A stretch of 64,000 nt of DNA from Patiriisocius marinus (GCF_008974325.1 NZ_BKCG01000007.1:1-64000), one strand, 5' to 3'. Numbered from the stretch's first letter, positions 20,413 to 29,945 are shown. The notes: generated by a model not told the origin, from the letters alone. Translations and numbers: made by a program.

Positions 20413-20621
20413 TTAAGAGTTTTTTTTAAATTTTAAAATTTCTCCCGGCGGGCAATCTAATACCTCACAAATAGCTTCGAGTGTTGTAAAACGCATTGCC
20501 TTAGCTTTGCCAGATCGTAATATAGAGAGGTTTGCTTGTGTTATTCCTATGCGTTCGGCTAATTCCTTACCTCGCTTCTTCTTTCTTGTAATATACCGTC
20601 TAAATGAATTTCTATCGCCAT
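20413..20621 (-). pseudogene. XRE-family HTH transcriptional regulator (the ~69-aa partner of DUF2975 membrane proteins) disrupted by a 1-nt deletion in an AAG/AGA repeat.
   Basis: ATG at 20619-20621 gives MAIEIHLDGILQER, then hits a stop after 20 codons. The -1 frame continues KKRGKELAERIGITQANLSILRSGKAKAMRFTTLEAICEVLDCPPGEILKFKKNS*, a canonical XRE HTH. The minus-strand string TGAgATG abuts the stop of the upstream gene. Confidence 0.55.
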
Positions 20622-20622
20622 C

Positions 20623-21087
20623 TCAAATTGTTAAATCATGTTCAGCTTTCATTAATCGTACATTTTTTAACGTATTTGAAATAAGTTTAAAAAACAGTCC
20701 AACTATAATAATAAAAAGTGGCACAAAAATATTGTTACCGTATTGAACAGAAATTGTGGTTCCATTAAAATCTGCAATCCAAGTTAATAAATAGGAAACA
20801 GTAACTGCTATTGCTGAAATAACTAAATACAACCCACTGTTGTCTAAATTCTTAATTACTTGTTTTTTAAGCAGATTATTATCAAGGAAGTATCTTTCGG
20901 TTCTTTTTAAATAATAAAGAGCTACTAACATTAATATGTAGCTTATTATGCTAATTGTTACAGCTAACCAATATAACATTGATAAACTAGAGACGTCTTC
21001 ATAACCGTTTAGTGATACATTTCCAATCGAAGTATTAAAAATGCCAAATGGTAAAATGATTAAAAACCCAGCTAGCCCAGGAATCAT
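20623..21087 (-). CDS. DUF2975-like multi-TM membrane protein, the usual upstream partner of the small XRE HTH regulator
   Basis: 154 aa with four hydrophobic segments. It is arranged immediately 5' of the HTH gene as in the widespread two-gene module; the family call is from memory. Confidence 0.45.
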   Translation of the reverse strand: MIPGLAGFLIILPFGIFNTSIGNVSLNGYEDVSSLSMLYWLAVTISIISYILMLVALYYLKRTERYFLDNNLLKKQVIKNLDNSGLYLVISAIAVTVSYLLTWIADFNGTTISVQYGNNIFVPLFIIIVGLFFKLISNTLKNVRLMKAEHDLTI

Positions 21088-21176
21088 TAATATAAATAAT
21101 ATATCAATGAGATTTTTTAATAATAAATAAATGAATAATTATTTAAAGTTCATTTTTTACCTTTCATACTTCGGGC

Positions 21177-21184
21177 TATCTTTG
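21177..21184 (+). promoter_or_regulatory. -7 box TATCTTTG upstream of bioF, the candidate promoter of the bio operon.
   Basis: GGGCTATCTTTGAGC lies 44 nt upstream of the probable bioF start (M at 21228). Confidence 0.35.
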
Positions 21185-21188
21185 AGCT

Positions 21189-22337
21189 GTGTTACCTAGA
21201 AAACTTAACACTAAATTGCAAAAACGTATGGATGAAAATTCCTTGCGAAAACTAGGTACGCCTAATTTACTTATAGACTTTTCTAGCAATGATTATTTGG
21301 GTTTTAGCTTTAATAAATCGATTTTTCAAAACACTTCTAAAATTTTAAAGCGTCACAATCTAGAAGTAAATGGAGCAACAGGTTCTAGGCTTTTATCGGG
21401 CAATCATTCTATTTACACAGAAACCGAACAATTACTATCGAAATTTTATAACAGTGAACACGCACTACTATTTAATAGTGGATATGATGCTAACGTAGGT
21501 TTTTTTAGCAGCGTACCGCAAAGAGGAGATGTTATTTTATATGATGAACTTTGCCATGCTTCTATACGTGATGGAATTAAAATGAGTGATGCTAAAGCAT
21601 TTAAGTTTAATCATAATAATCTAATACACTTAGAAAAGCAATTATCCTTTCGGGCTGAAACTAGAAAAGAAAATGAAGAACAGTACATAGTCACTGAATC
21701 TGTTTTCTCTATGGATGGAGATCAACCAGACTTAATAAGCTTGGTTTCACTTTGTAAAAATTACAATGCTCATTTAATCATTGATGAAGCACATGCAGTT
21801 GGAATATTTGGAGATAAAGGTGAAGGACTTGTTAAAGGACTAGGCTTAGAAAATGAGGTTTTTGCTAGGATCATTACTTTTGGTAAGGCATTAGGTTGTC
21901 ACGGAGCAGCTATTTTATGTAGTGCAGGTTTAAAAAATTATCTAGTAAATTTCTCCCGAAGTTTTATTTATACTACAGCCTTACCGCCTCATTCCATTGC
22001 AACAATACAATCTGCACATGAAGAGTTACGTATTATCAACCGTTCTAGAATAAATTTAAAAAGCAATATTGCAATATTACTAAAGGAAGTAATGTCTAAA
22101 GACTTAGAACAACATTTTATCTTGAGTGATTCAGCAATTCATAGTTGTGTTATTCCTGGCAATACACAAGTCAAGAAAATTTCCGAAGCTTTAAAAGAAG
22201 AGGATTTTGATGTAAAGCCTATTCTTTCTCCTACTGTTCCGAGAGGACAAGAGCGACTGCGTATTTGTATTCATAGCTTCAACACTAGCGAGCAAATAAA
22301 AACACTTATCAGTACTATAGCTACCTTTGTAAAATGA
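21189..22337 (+). CDS. bioF: 8-amino-7-oxononanoate synthase (the true start is probably M at 21228).
   Basis: Class-II PLP aminotransferase fold; the GYDANVG, DEAHAVG and TFGKALG (PLP-Lys) motifs typical of KAPA synthase; lies in a cluster with bioD and bioA. Confidence 0.85.
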   Translation: MLPRKLNTKLQKRMDENSLRKLGTPNLLIDFSSNDYLGFSFNKSIFQNTSKILKRHNLEVNGATGSRLLSGNHSIYTETEQLLSKFYNSEHALLFNSGYDANVGFFSSVPQRGDVILYDELCHASIRDGIKMSDAKAFKFNHNNLIHLEKQLSFRAETRKENEEQYIVTESVFSMDGDQPDLISLVSLCKNYNAHLIIDEAHAVGIFGDKGEGLVKGLGLENEVFARIITFGKALGCHGAAILCSAGLKNYLVNFSRSFIYTTALPPHSIATIQSAHEELRIINRSRINLKSNIAILLKEVMSKDLEQHFILSDSAIHSCVIPGNTQVKKISEALKEEDFDVKPILSPTVPRGQERLRICIHSFNTSEQIKTLISTIATFVK

Positions 22338-22744
22338 ATCAAAAATTCACAACTGTAGCAGTATTTTCATATTCTTCTGAAGCAAAAATAATTAGAGGTC
22401 GCCTTGAAGCTGATGGTATTCAAACTTTTTTAAGTGATGAATTAACTATAGATACTGACCCTTTAGTTAGTAATGCGATAGGTGGTATAAAATTGAAAGT
22501 GCTAACTGAGGATGTTGAAAAAGCAAGAGAAGTCTTAGATTCGATAAGTGCATATTCGCTAACAAATGAGGGAGAAAAAATTATTTGTCCCAACTGCGAG
22601 AGTACTAAAATCAACTATTTTACTCATATTGAAGATGTAAAATCTTTAATGGCTTTTATATTTGGATTCTTATTTGGGGGACTACCTTTTCACACAAAAT
22701 ACGAATACAAGTGTGAAATTTGTAAATCAAAATTTAGCAACTAA
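22334..22744 (+). CDS. DUF2007-like small protein with a C-terminal CxxC...CxxC zinc ribbon, translationally coupled between bioF and bioD.
   Basis: Overlaps the bioF stop (ATGA) and the bioD start (TAATG). Contains CPNCESTKINY...CEICKSKF. Confidence 0.4.
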   Translation: MNQKFTTVAVFSYSSEAKIIRGRLEADGIQTFLSDELTIDTDPLVSNAIGGIKLKVLTEDVEKAREVLDSISAYSLTNEGEKIICPNCESTKINYFTHIEDVKSLMAFIFGFLFGGLPFHTKYEYKCEICKSKFSN

Positions 22745-23355
22745 TGAATACTTTTTTTATAACTGGAATTTCAACAGAGGTTGGGAAAACAATTGCTTCG
22801 GCAATCATAACTGAATCATTACAAGCAGACTATTGGAAACCAATCCAAGCTGGTGAACTTGAAAGTAGTGACACGCATAAAGTAAAGCAATTAGTATCTA
22901 ATTCAACAACGGTTTTTCATCCTTCGGCTTTTGATCTGGTAACGCCTATGAGTCCACACGCAGCAGCAGCTATTGACGGAGTTAAAATTTCTGCTAAAAA
23001 AATAAAGAGGCCTGTGACTAAAAATAACTTAGTAATTGAAGGGGCTGGAGGACTATTAGTGCCTTTAAACGAAACTGAAACGATAGCAGATTTAATACAA
23101 CCAAGCGATAAAATAATTATTGTTTCGCGACATTATTTAGGAAGTATTAATCATACCTTATTAACTGTAGAAGCATTAAATACTAGAAATTTCAACATCC
23201 ATGGAATTCTATTTAGTGGTGAAAAGCACCCAACAACCGAAGCTATTATTTCAAAAATGACTGGAGTTCCTATTTTAGGACGCATTGATGAAGAACCATA
23301 TTTTGATACAAATGTAGTGAATGAATATGCTGAAATTTTAAAAAATAAATTATAA
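22744..23355 (+). CDS. bioD: Dethiobiotin synthetase
   Basis: FFITGISTEVGKTIASA P-loop, 203 aa. Confidence 0.85.
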   Translation: MNTFFITGISTEVGKTIASAIITESLQADYWKPIQAGELESSDTHKVKQLVSNSTTVFHPSAFDLVTPMSPHAAAAIDGVKISAKKIKRPVTKNNLVIEGAGGLLVPLNETETIADLIQPSDKIIIVSRHYLGSINHTLLTVEALNTRNFNIHGILFSGEKHPTTEAIISKMTGVPILGRIDEEPYFDTNVVNEYAEILKNKL

Positions 23356-23421
23356 TTTTTAGCGCAAAGAAACCTTAATAATACACAAAAGTCTCTAGTC
23401 AAAACCACATAACTTTGTAAG

Positions 23422-24687
23422 ATGAATTTAACGCAACGTGATAGTATATATCTTTGGCACCCACTTACGCAACATAAAACTGCCATAGCACCATTACCTA
23501 TTGTAAAGGCGAAAGGTGCACTACTTTGGGACGAAAACGGAAAGCAATATATTGACGGAATTTCGTCGTGGTACACCTCTATGTATGGGCATTGTAATGA
23601 AGAAATTACTGCTGCAATGACTAAGCAAATGCAAGAATTAGATTTTGTAATGTTCAGTGGTCTCACTCACAAACCAGCCATCGAATTGTCAGAGAAATTG
23701 ATGAAAATTTTACCTTCTAATCAGGCCAAAATATTTTTTAATGATAATGGTTCCACGGCTGTTGAAGCGGCGATAAAAATGGCATTACAATTTCATTTTA
23801 ATAATGGCGAAAATAGAGATACTTTAATTGCTTTTGAAAATGGATTTCACGGGGATACATTTGGCGCTATGAGTGCTTCAGGTATCGCTAGTTATAATGC
23901 TCCTTTTGAAGATTTTTTACTTAAAGTAGAGCGAATTCCAGTTCCTACAGAGCATAATTTAGCCGAAATAGTACAGACGTTAAACCACATTCTAGAAAAT
24001 AACAACTGTGCTGCCTTTCTATTTGAACCGTTAATTCAAGGAGCAGCAGGAATGAAATTTCATAGCGTCGAAGGTCTTGATGCATTAATTGCGAAATGTC
24101 AAAAACATAAAGTACTCTGTGTTGCAGATGAAATTATGACGGGTTTTGGGAAAACAGGAACAAACTTTGCCTGTGACCAATTAACGCAACAGCCAGATAT
24201 TATGTGTTTGAGTAAAGCATTAACAGCAGGAATGTTTCCGTTAAGTATTACAAGTTGTACACAACATATTTATAATGCATTTTTAAGTGAGGAAGTACAT
24301 AAAGGGTTTTTCCATGCCCATACTTTTAGCGCACATCCTTTGGGCTGCGCTGCTGCAATTGCAGGGTTGGAATTGTTGAATTCGCCTACTATTGTTGCTA
24401 AAAGAGAATGGATTTCAACCTCGCATAACGCATTTAGTGAAAAAATAAAAGAGCACTCAAAAGTGGCTAATGTTCGTTCTAAAGGAGTTATTTTAGCAAT
24501 AGACTTAGCAATACCAATGGATCGCTATGGAAGTTTAAGAGATGAACTATACCAATTTTTCGTAGAAAGAGGATTGTTAATTAGACCATTAGGAAACACC
24601 TTGTATTTATTGCCGCCATTTGTAATTACGGAAAGTGATTTAGAAAAATGTTATGTAATATTGGAAGAAGCTTTAAATACTTTTTAA
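23422..24687 (+). CDS. bioA: Adenosylmethionine--8-amino-7-oxononanoate transaminase
   Basis: Collinear with E. coli BioA: WHPLTQHK, SSWYTSMYGH, HGDTFGAMS, DEIMTGFGKTG, LSKALT. Confidence 0.9.
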   Translation: MNLTQRDSIYLWHPLTQHKTAIAPLPIVKAKGALLWDENGKQYIDGISSWYTSMYGHCNEEITAAMTKQMQELDFVMFSGLTHKPAIELSEKLMKILPSNQAKIFFNDNGSTAVEAAIKMALQFHFNNGENRDTLIAFENGFHGDTFGAMSASGIASYNAPFEDFLLKVERIPVPTEHNLAEIVQTLNHILENNNCAAFLFEPLIQGAAGMKFHSVEGLDALIAKCQKHKVLCVADEIMTGFGKTGTNFACDQLTQQPDIMCLSKALTAGMFPLSITSCTQHIYNAFLSEEVHKGFFHAHTFSAHPLGCAAAIAGLELLNSPTIVAKREWISTSHNAFSEKIKEHSKVANVRSKGVILAIDLAIPMDRYGSLRDELYQFFVERGLLIRPLGNTLYLLPPFVITESDLEKCYVILEEALNTF

Positions 24688-24690
24688 AGT

Positions 24691-25128
24691 TTAATCAAGC
24701 AATATTTTATCATTTTCTAGTAAGTCAATAACAAGATTGCTCTCAGTTATGGTAACTGTCATAACTTGATATGTCCAGTTATCACCTTTACCTTCTCCTT
24801 CAACTTTAACTGTAGCTTCTCCATTTGGTCCTTTTATTGGGATGTTTAAAAAAGCAGTTTTAAGACCGTTAATATTATTCACATTTCCTTGCGGCATTCC
24901 ATTGGTTTCAATAGGCTCGCCTAATATTGCAACAACTTCGTTATTTGCAGCAGCACGCTCTAACGATTCTGTGTGAGCTGCACTATTTTCAAATAATGAA
25001 GATAAACCTACCATCATTGTACCAGCAAAGACTACAAAGGCAATAATAATAAATAAACAGCCACCTGTTGGAACTGCCCATTTCCAGTTTCTCGACCACC
25101 AACTTTTTTCCTCTGTAATTTCGTTCAT
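24691..25128 (-). CDS. Small single-TM protein, possibly of the cytochrome oxidase assembly Coa1-like family (the true start is probably MNEITEEK).
   Basis: SWWSRNWKWAVP motif followed by one TM helix. Low confidence, from memory of the Coa1 signature. Confidence 0.3.
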   Translation of the reverse strand: MNEITEEKSWWSRNWKWAVPTGGCLFIIIAFVVFAGTMMVGLSSLFENSAAHTESLERAAANNEVVAILGEPIETNGMPQGNVNNINGLKTAFLNIPIKGPNGEATVKVEGEGKGDNWTYQVMTVTITESNLVIDLLENDKILLD

Positions 25129-25191
25129 TATTCTACAATTTTCTGAGTATCCAATTTTGATATCCCGTATTTTTGAGCCAAAATACAAAAT

Positions 25192-26340
25192 TTGCATCAA
25201 CCAATTTCAATTCGTGCCATTTCATCTATTTCTGCTTTGGGATCAACCTCTGCAGAACTATGGGAGGGTTACCTTTCAAAATCTGCATTTTTCCAGAAAC
25301 TGAGTTCAGGAAAATGGGTTTCCAAAATAACTTCGGAAACTGAAATTGCTGTAAATCAGTTAAGAGAATATTCACATGCATATAAAAATTTAGATAGAAC
25401 TACGTTGTTAGCTATTCAGGCTACGCGCAATTTGTTTAATAAAGGAGCATTTCCGAAGGAAAACTTAGGGATAAACATTGGATCTTCAAGAGGTGCTACA
25501 GAATTATTTGAAAAATATCATTCCGATTATTTAGAAGGTCAAAAGATTTCTGCCTTTACTTCTCCCACAACAACTTTAGGGAATATTTCCTCTTGGGTTG
25601 CGCAGGATATCGCGCTAGATGGAGTTACAATTGATCATTCGGTTACGTGTTCAACAGCGATGCATTCTATTTTAAATGGGATAGCGTGGTTAAAATCTGA
25701 AATGGCAGATGCTTTTATTGTTGGAGCTAGTGAAGCACCACTGACGCCATTTACTTTAGCTCAAATGGATGCTTTAAAACTGTATTCAAAATCTGAAAAT
25801 ACATTGGCTTGTGAATCTATGCGATTTGAAAAAAAAGCAAACACAATGGTTCTTGGTGAAGGTGCTGCAATGGCATATTTAGAAAGAGGGGTTTCGGAAA
25901 ATAGTCTTGCAGTTATTGCAGGTTATGGTTTTGCCTCAGAAAAATTAGTCCACAATAGTTCTATTTCTAAAAATGCAGATTGTTTTCAGAAATCGATGCA
26001 ACGTGCCTTAAAATATGCAAATTTTGAAACTGTAGATGCCATAGTTATGCACGCACCAGGAACTGTAAAAGGTGATCAGGCTGAAAAAAATGCAATTGAT
26101 ATTGTTTTTGGGAAACAGTTACCGTTATTAACTTCAAATAAGTGGATATTGGGTCACACCTTTGGCGCAAGCGGAATGTTTAGTGTTGAACTAGCAGTGA
26201 TGATGTTGCAACATAACAAGTTTGTCGAAAATCCTTATTTTAGTAATGCGAGACACTTACCATCTAAGTTGAAAACCGTAATGGTTAATGCTGTAGGATT
26301 TGGGGGAAACGCTGTGAGTGTTATTTTACAAGGTATTTAG
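25192..26340 (+). CDS. Divergent beta-ketoacyl-ACP synthase I/II (FabB/FabF-like), 382 aa, located within the biotin locus.
   Basis: Active-site context TCSTAM (Cys), HAPGT (His), GHTFGASG (His). It is shorter than canonical FabF, and there is no acpP or fab neighbourhood. Confidence 0.7.
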   Translation: MHQPISIRAISSISALGSTSAELWEGYLSKSAFFQKLSSGKWVSKITSETEIAVNQLREYSHAYKNLDRTTLLAIQATRNLFNKGAFPKENLGINIGSSRGATELFEKYHSDYLEGQKISAFTSPTTTLGNISSWVAQDIALDGVTIDHSVTCSTAMHSILNGIAWLKSEMADAFIVGASEAPLTPFTLAQMDALKLYSKSENTLACESMRFEKKANTMVLGEGAAMAYLERGVSENSLAVIAGYGFASEKLVHNSSISKNADCFQKSMQRALKYANFETVDAIVMHAPGTVKGDQAEKNAIDIVFGKQLPLLTSNKWILGHTFGASGMFSVELAVMMLQHNKFVENPYFSNARHLPSKLKTVMVNAVGFGGNAVSVILQGI

Positions 26341-26636
26341 GTAGTTGTCAATTTTGTATTGTAACAAATTAGTGATTGTGCGACTAATTTTTTGCTTAAG
26401 TGTCTTAATCCTGAGAAGCTTCAAAATTATTAAGGGATAGAAACCAACCATTTCATAGACATTAAAAGCACATTCAAAACTATATTTTAAATCCCGAATG
26501 AACTCTAAAACCAAAGGGTTTCACAACGTCATGTTTTATAAATAAATATGTTAGCATCCTTGTGAATAATCGATAGAGTTACCTGTCCGGAAGCTTTTAA
26601 ATTTAGTATATTTCTAATCTCTAATAAATACTAATT

Positions 26637-27212
26637 ATGGAACAATGGTTTGCTGCACTTAGCATATTTGAAAAGGTCTATTGGTTAACTGCTGGTATTT
26701 CTTCAGTGATTTTCTTAATCTTATTAGTCCTTACTTTTATAGGTGCTGAAGTAGATGATTTAGGTGATGTTGATGCAGAAATTGATGGTGATACTGGCAT
26801 AGGGTTTCAGTTCTTATCATTTAAAAATTTGATGGGATTTTTCACCATTTTTGGCTGGAGCGGAATTGCTTGTATAGATGCGGGTTATTCAAATGGCCTT
26901 ACAATGATTATCTCTGTAGTTTGTGGTTTGTTAATGATGCTTGCGATGGCAACGTTATTTTACTACTTAACTAAGCTTGATAGCGACGGATCATTGAAAA
27001 TGAAAAATGCTCTAAATAGCGTAGGTGAAGTTTACCTAACTATTGGTGCAAATAGATCAAGAATAGGAAAGGTGCAAGTAAATGTTCAAGGAGGTCTTCG
27101 AAGTTTAGAAGCACTCACTGATGAAAGTACAGACTTAATCCAAGGAGATATAATAACCGTTACAAGCGTAACAGACAATGGAATATTAATAGTAAACAAA
27201 CATTCGAAATAA
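26637..27212 (+). CDS. NfeD-like / YqiJ-like membrane protein with a C-terminal OB-fold domain, partner of the flotillin gene.
   Basis: N-terminal TM helices plus the C-terminal GEVYLTIGANRSRIGKVQVNVQGGLRSLEALTDESTDLIQGDIITVTSV beta-rich domain; overlaps the flotillin gene by 1 nt. Confidence 0.45.
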   Translation: MEQWFAALSIFEKVYWLTAGISSVIFLILLVLTFIGAEVDDLGDVDAEIDGDTGIGFQFLSFKNLMGFFTIFGWSGIACIDAGYSNGLTMIISVVCGLLMMLAMATLFYYLTKLDSDGSLKMKNALNSVGEVYLTIGANRSRIGKVQVNVQGGLRSLEALTDESTDLIQGDIITVTSVTDNGILIVNKHSK

Positions 27213-27213
27213 T

Positions 27214-28617
27214 ATGCTAACACTACCACTACAACTAGAGCAATATGCAGGATTAGCCGCAATTGGTTTTGCAATTCTGTTTTTCTTTATAATTATTATC
27301 ACATTTATTCGAAGGTATAAAAGATGTCCTTCAGACCGTATATTAGTAGTTTACGGAAAAGTAGGAACTGGAAATTCGGCTAAATGTATACACGGTGGAG
27401 CTGCATTTATTTGGCCAGTAATACAAGATTATGAATTTCTAGATTTAACACCTATTTCGATTGAAGTAAACTTAGTGAATGCCTTAAGTAAGCAGAATAT
27501 TCGTGTAAATGTTCCTTCTAGATTTACAATTGGAGTTTCTACAGAGCCAGGTATTATGCAAAATGCAGCAGAGCGTCTATTAGGTCTTGGTCAACAAGAA
27601 ATTCAAGAACTAGCGATGGAGATTATTTTTGGTCAATTACGTTTAGTAGTTGCGTCAATGGATATTGAGGAGATTAATAATGACCGTGATAAGTTTTTAA
27701 CTAACATTTCAAACAGTGTTGAAAGCGAACTTAAAAAAGTAGGACTTAAATTAATAAACGTAAACATTACAGATATTGTTGATGAGTCTGGTTACATTGA
27801 AGCTTTAGGTAAAGAAGCAGCAGCACACGCGATAAACGCTGCACGTAAATCTGTTGCCGAAAAAACTAGAGATGGTTCTATTGGTGAAGCAAATGCAGTA
27901 CAAGATGAAAGAACACAAGTTGCAGCAGCAAATGCTCAGGCTGTTGAAGGAGAAAACACAGCGAAAATTGCTGTAGCAAATTCCGATTCTTTAAGAAGAC
28001 AACGAGAAGCAGAAGCTGAACGTGTTGCGATAGCTTCAGAAAAAGTACAATCTGCGAAAGCTTTAGAAGAATCATATTTAGCTGAAAAGGAAGCCGAAAT
28101 ATCAAGAGCAGAAAGAGAACGAAGTACACAATTAGCCGATATTATTGTGCCAGCAGAAATTGATAAACGTAAGGTTGAAATTGATGCTGAAGCCGAAGCC
28201 GAAAGAATTAGACGACTAGCAAAAGGTGAAGCAGATGCAATTTTATTTAAAGCCCAAGCTGAAGCTCAAGGTATTTATGAAGTTCTAACAAAACAAGCAC
28301 AAGGTTTTGATCAAATAGTTAAAGCTGCTGGGAACAACTCAAAAGATGCAGTATTATTATTAGTGGCAGATAAACTACCAGAACTTGTAAAAACTCAAGC
28401 TGAAGCTATTGCAAATATTAAAATTGATAAAGTTACTGTTTGGGAAAATGGTAGCGGAAAAGATGGAAAAACAGCAACTTCTAACTTTATTTCTGGAATG
28501 TATGGATCTGTCCCTCCATTACAAGAAATGTTTAATATGGCAGGAATGCAGCTTCCAGATTATTTAAAAGGGAAAGAAATTGAAGCTGAAACAACTAAAG
28601 ATATTACTGATAAGTAA
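27214..28617 (+). CDS. Flotillin-like SPFH/band-7 protein (YqiK-like)
   Basis: N-terminal TM helix, SPFH domain, long Ala/Glu-rich coiled-coil (EAEAERVAIASEKVQSAKALEE...). Confidence 0.8.
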   Translation: MLTLPLQLEQYAGLAAIGFAILFFFIIIITFIRRYKRCPSDRILVVYGKVGTGNSAKCIHGGAAFIWPVIQDYEFLDLTPISIEVNLVNALSKQNIRVNVPSRFTIGVSTEPGIMQNAAERLLGLGQQEIQELAMEIIFGQLRLVVASMDIEEINNDRDKFLTNISNSVESELKKVGLKLINVNITDIVDESGYIEALGKEAAAHAINAARKSVAEKTRDGSIGEANAVQDERTQVAAANAQAVEGENTAKIAVANSDSLRRQREAEAERVAIASEKVQSAKALEESYLAEKEAEISRAERERSTQLADIIVPAEIDKRKVEIDAEAEAERIRRLAKGEADAILFKAQAEAQGIYEVLTKQAQGFDQIVKAAGNNSKDAVLLLVADKLPELVKTQAEAIANIKIDKVTVWENGSGKDGKTATSNFISGMYGSVPPLQEMFNMAGMQLPDYLKGKEIEAETTKDITDK

Positions 28618-28639
28618 TACCTCTGTTTTCTAATATTTT

Positions 28640-28674
28640 AAAGACCTGTAAGTTATATTTACAGGTCTTTTTAG
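28640..28674 (+). terminator. Rho-independent terminator (aagacctgtaa...ttacaggtctt followed by TTT)
   Basis: 11-bp stem, 22 nt after the flotillin gene stop. Confidence 0.5.
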
Positions 28675-28841
28675 TTAAAATTACTAAGAGATTTAGCTGT
28701 TTTAGAGGGGGCTTGAGTTTTAATTTTCCTTATTTTTGAACGCTTAGCAATATTAGATTATTGGGTTTCGACTAAATGACATTAATTATTGTTAGAACAA
28801 TTTACAATCAATTAGAATTTCAGATTGAAAGATTCATATAT

Positions 28842-29930
28842 ATGACAGAAACAAGACATAACTGGACTAAAGAGGAAGTAATGGAAGTGTATAACACCCC
28901 ATTAATGGAGCTTTTATACCAAGCAGCTACAGTACATAGAGAAAACCATAACCCAAATCAAGTACAGGTTTCTACCTTGCTTTCTATTAAAACAGGAGGT
29001 TGTCCTGAAGATTGTGGGTATTGTCCACAAGCAGCAAGATACCATACAGATATTGAAGGTAATGATTTAATGAGCGTACAACAAGTTAAGGCACAAGCAC
29101 TAAGGGCAAAGTCGAGTGGAAGCTCCAGAGTTTGTATGGGTGCTGCCTGGCGAAATGTTAAAGACGGACCAGAATTTGACAATGTATTAGAAATGGTGCG
29201 TACCATTAATAAGCTTGATATGGAAGTTTGTTGTACTCTTGGTATGATTACAGAAAACCAAGCTCAACGTTTAGCAGAAGCAGGTTTATATGCTTACAAT
29301 CACAATCTTGATACTAGTGAAGATTATTATAAAGATGTAATTTCTACTCGTGCTTTCCAAGATAGGTTAGATACTATTGATAACGTTCGTAAAACAAATG
29401 TAACTGTTTGTAGTGGTGGAATTATTGGGATGGGAGAACAATTAGAAGACCGAGCTGGAATGCTCGTAGCGCTTGCTAGTTTAAGCCCACAACCTGAAAG
29501 TACACCTATTAATGCTTTAGTTCCTGTAGAAGGAACACCAATGGAGGAATTTGAAAAAGTTTCTATTTGGGAAATGGTACGAATGGTAGCTACTACTAGA
29601 ATAATATTGCCAAATACTCAGGTAAGGCTTTCAGCAGGTAGAACAGATATGTCTAGAGAAGGGCAAGCTATGTGTTTCTTTGCTGGAGCTAATTCAATTT
29701 TTGCAGGGGATAAACTGTTGACTACGCCTAATCCAGATGTAAATGAAGACATGAAAATGTTTAAACTTTTAGGTTTACAACCTATGAAACCTTTTGCTAA
29801 AAAGGCACAACCTGAGAGTGTTGAAGCGCAATACTCTAAGTTTAAAGAACAAGGGGAAAAGCCAAAGTGGTCGCGCCCAGGACATAAAATTGAGCGTAAC
29901 GAAGAGGCAAAAGCAAAAGCTAAATTATAA
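28842..29930 (+). CDS. bioB: Biotin synthase (the ORF opens at 28776, but alignment to E. coli BioB supports M at 28842).
   Basis: Radical-SAM CPEDCGYCPQ; VSTLLSIKTGGCPEDC is collinear with E. coli BioB. A -7-like box TATTTTTG lies at 28731-28738. Confidence 0.9.
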   Translation: MTETRHNWTKEEVMEVYNTPLMELLYQAATVHRENHNPNQVQVSTLLSIKTGGCPEDCGYCPQAARYHTDIEGNDLMSVQQVKAQALRAKSSGSSRVCMGAAWRNVKDGPEFDNVLEMVRTINKLDMEVCCTLGMITENQAQRLAEAGLYAYNHNLDTSEDYYKDVISTRAFQDRLDTIDNVRKTNVTVCSGGIIGMGEQLEDRAGMLVALASLSPQPESTPINALVPVEGTPMEEFEKVSIWEMVRMVATTRIILPNTQVRLSAGRTDMSREGQAMCFFAGANSIFAGDKLLTTPNPDVNEDMKMFKLLGLQPMKPFAKKAQPESVEAQYSKFKEQGEKPKWSRPGHKIERNEEAKAKAKL

Positions 29931-29945
29931 TATTGCACCTTAAAA

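Noticed and set aside
20507-20746. Plus-strand ORF 20507..20746 (79 aa)
   Set aside because: It overlaps the minus-strand XRE HTH pseudogene and the end of the DUF2975-like gene. The conserved HTH sequence on the opposite strand explains the open frame.
25192-26340. Calling the KAS-like gene simply fabF
   Set aside because: It is 382 aa with a divergent N-terminus, has no acpP or fab context, and sits in the bio locus. I kept it as a distinct KAS I/II-like enzyme rather than as housekeeping FabF, though this is not excluded.
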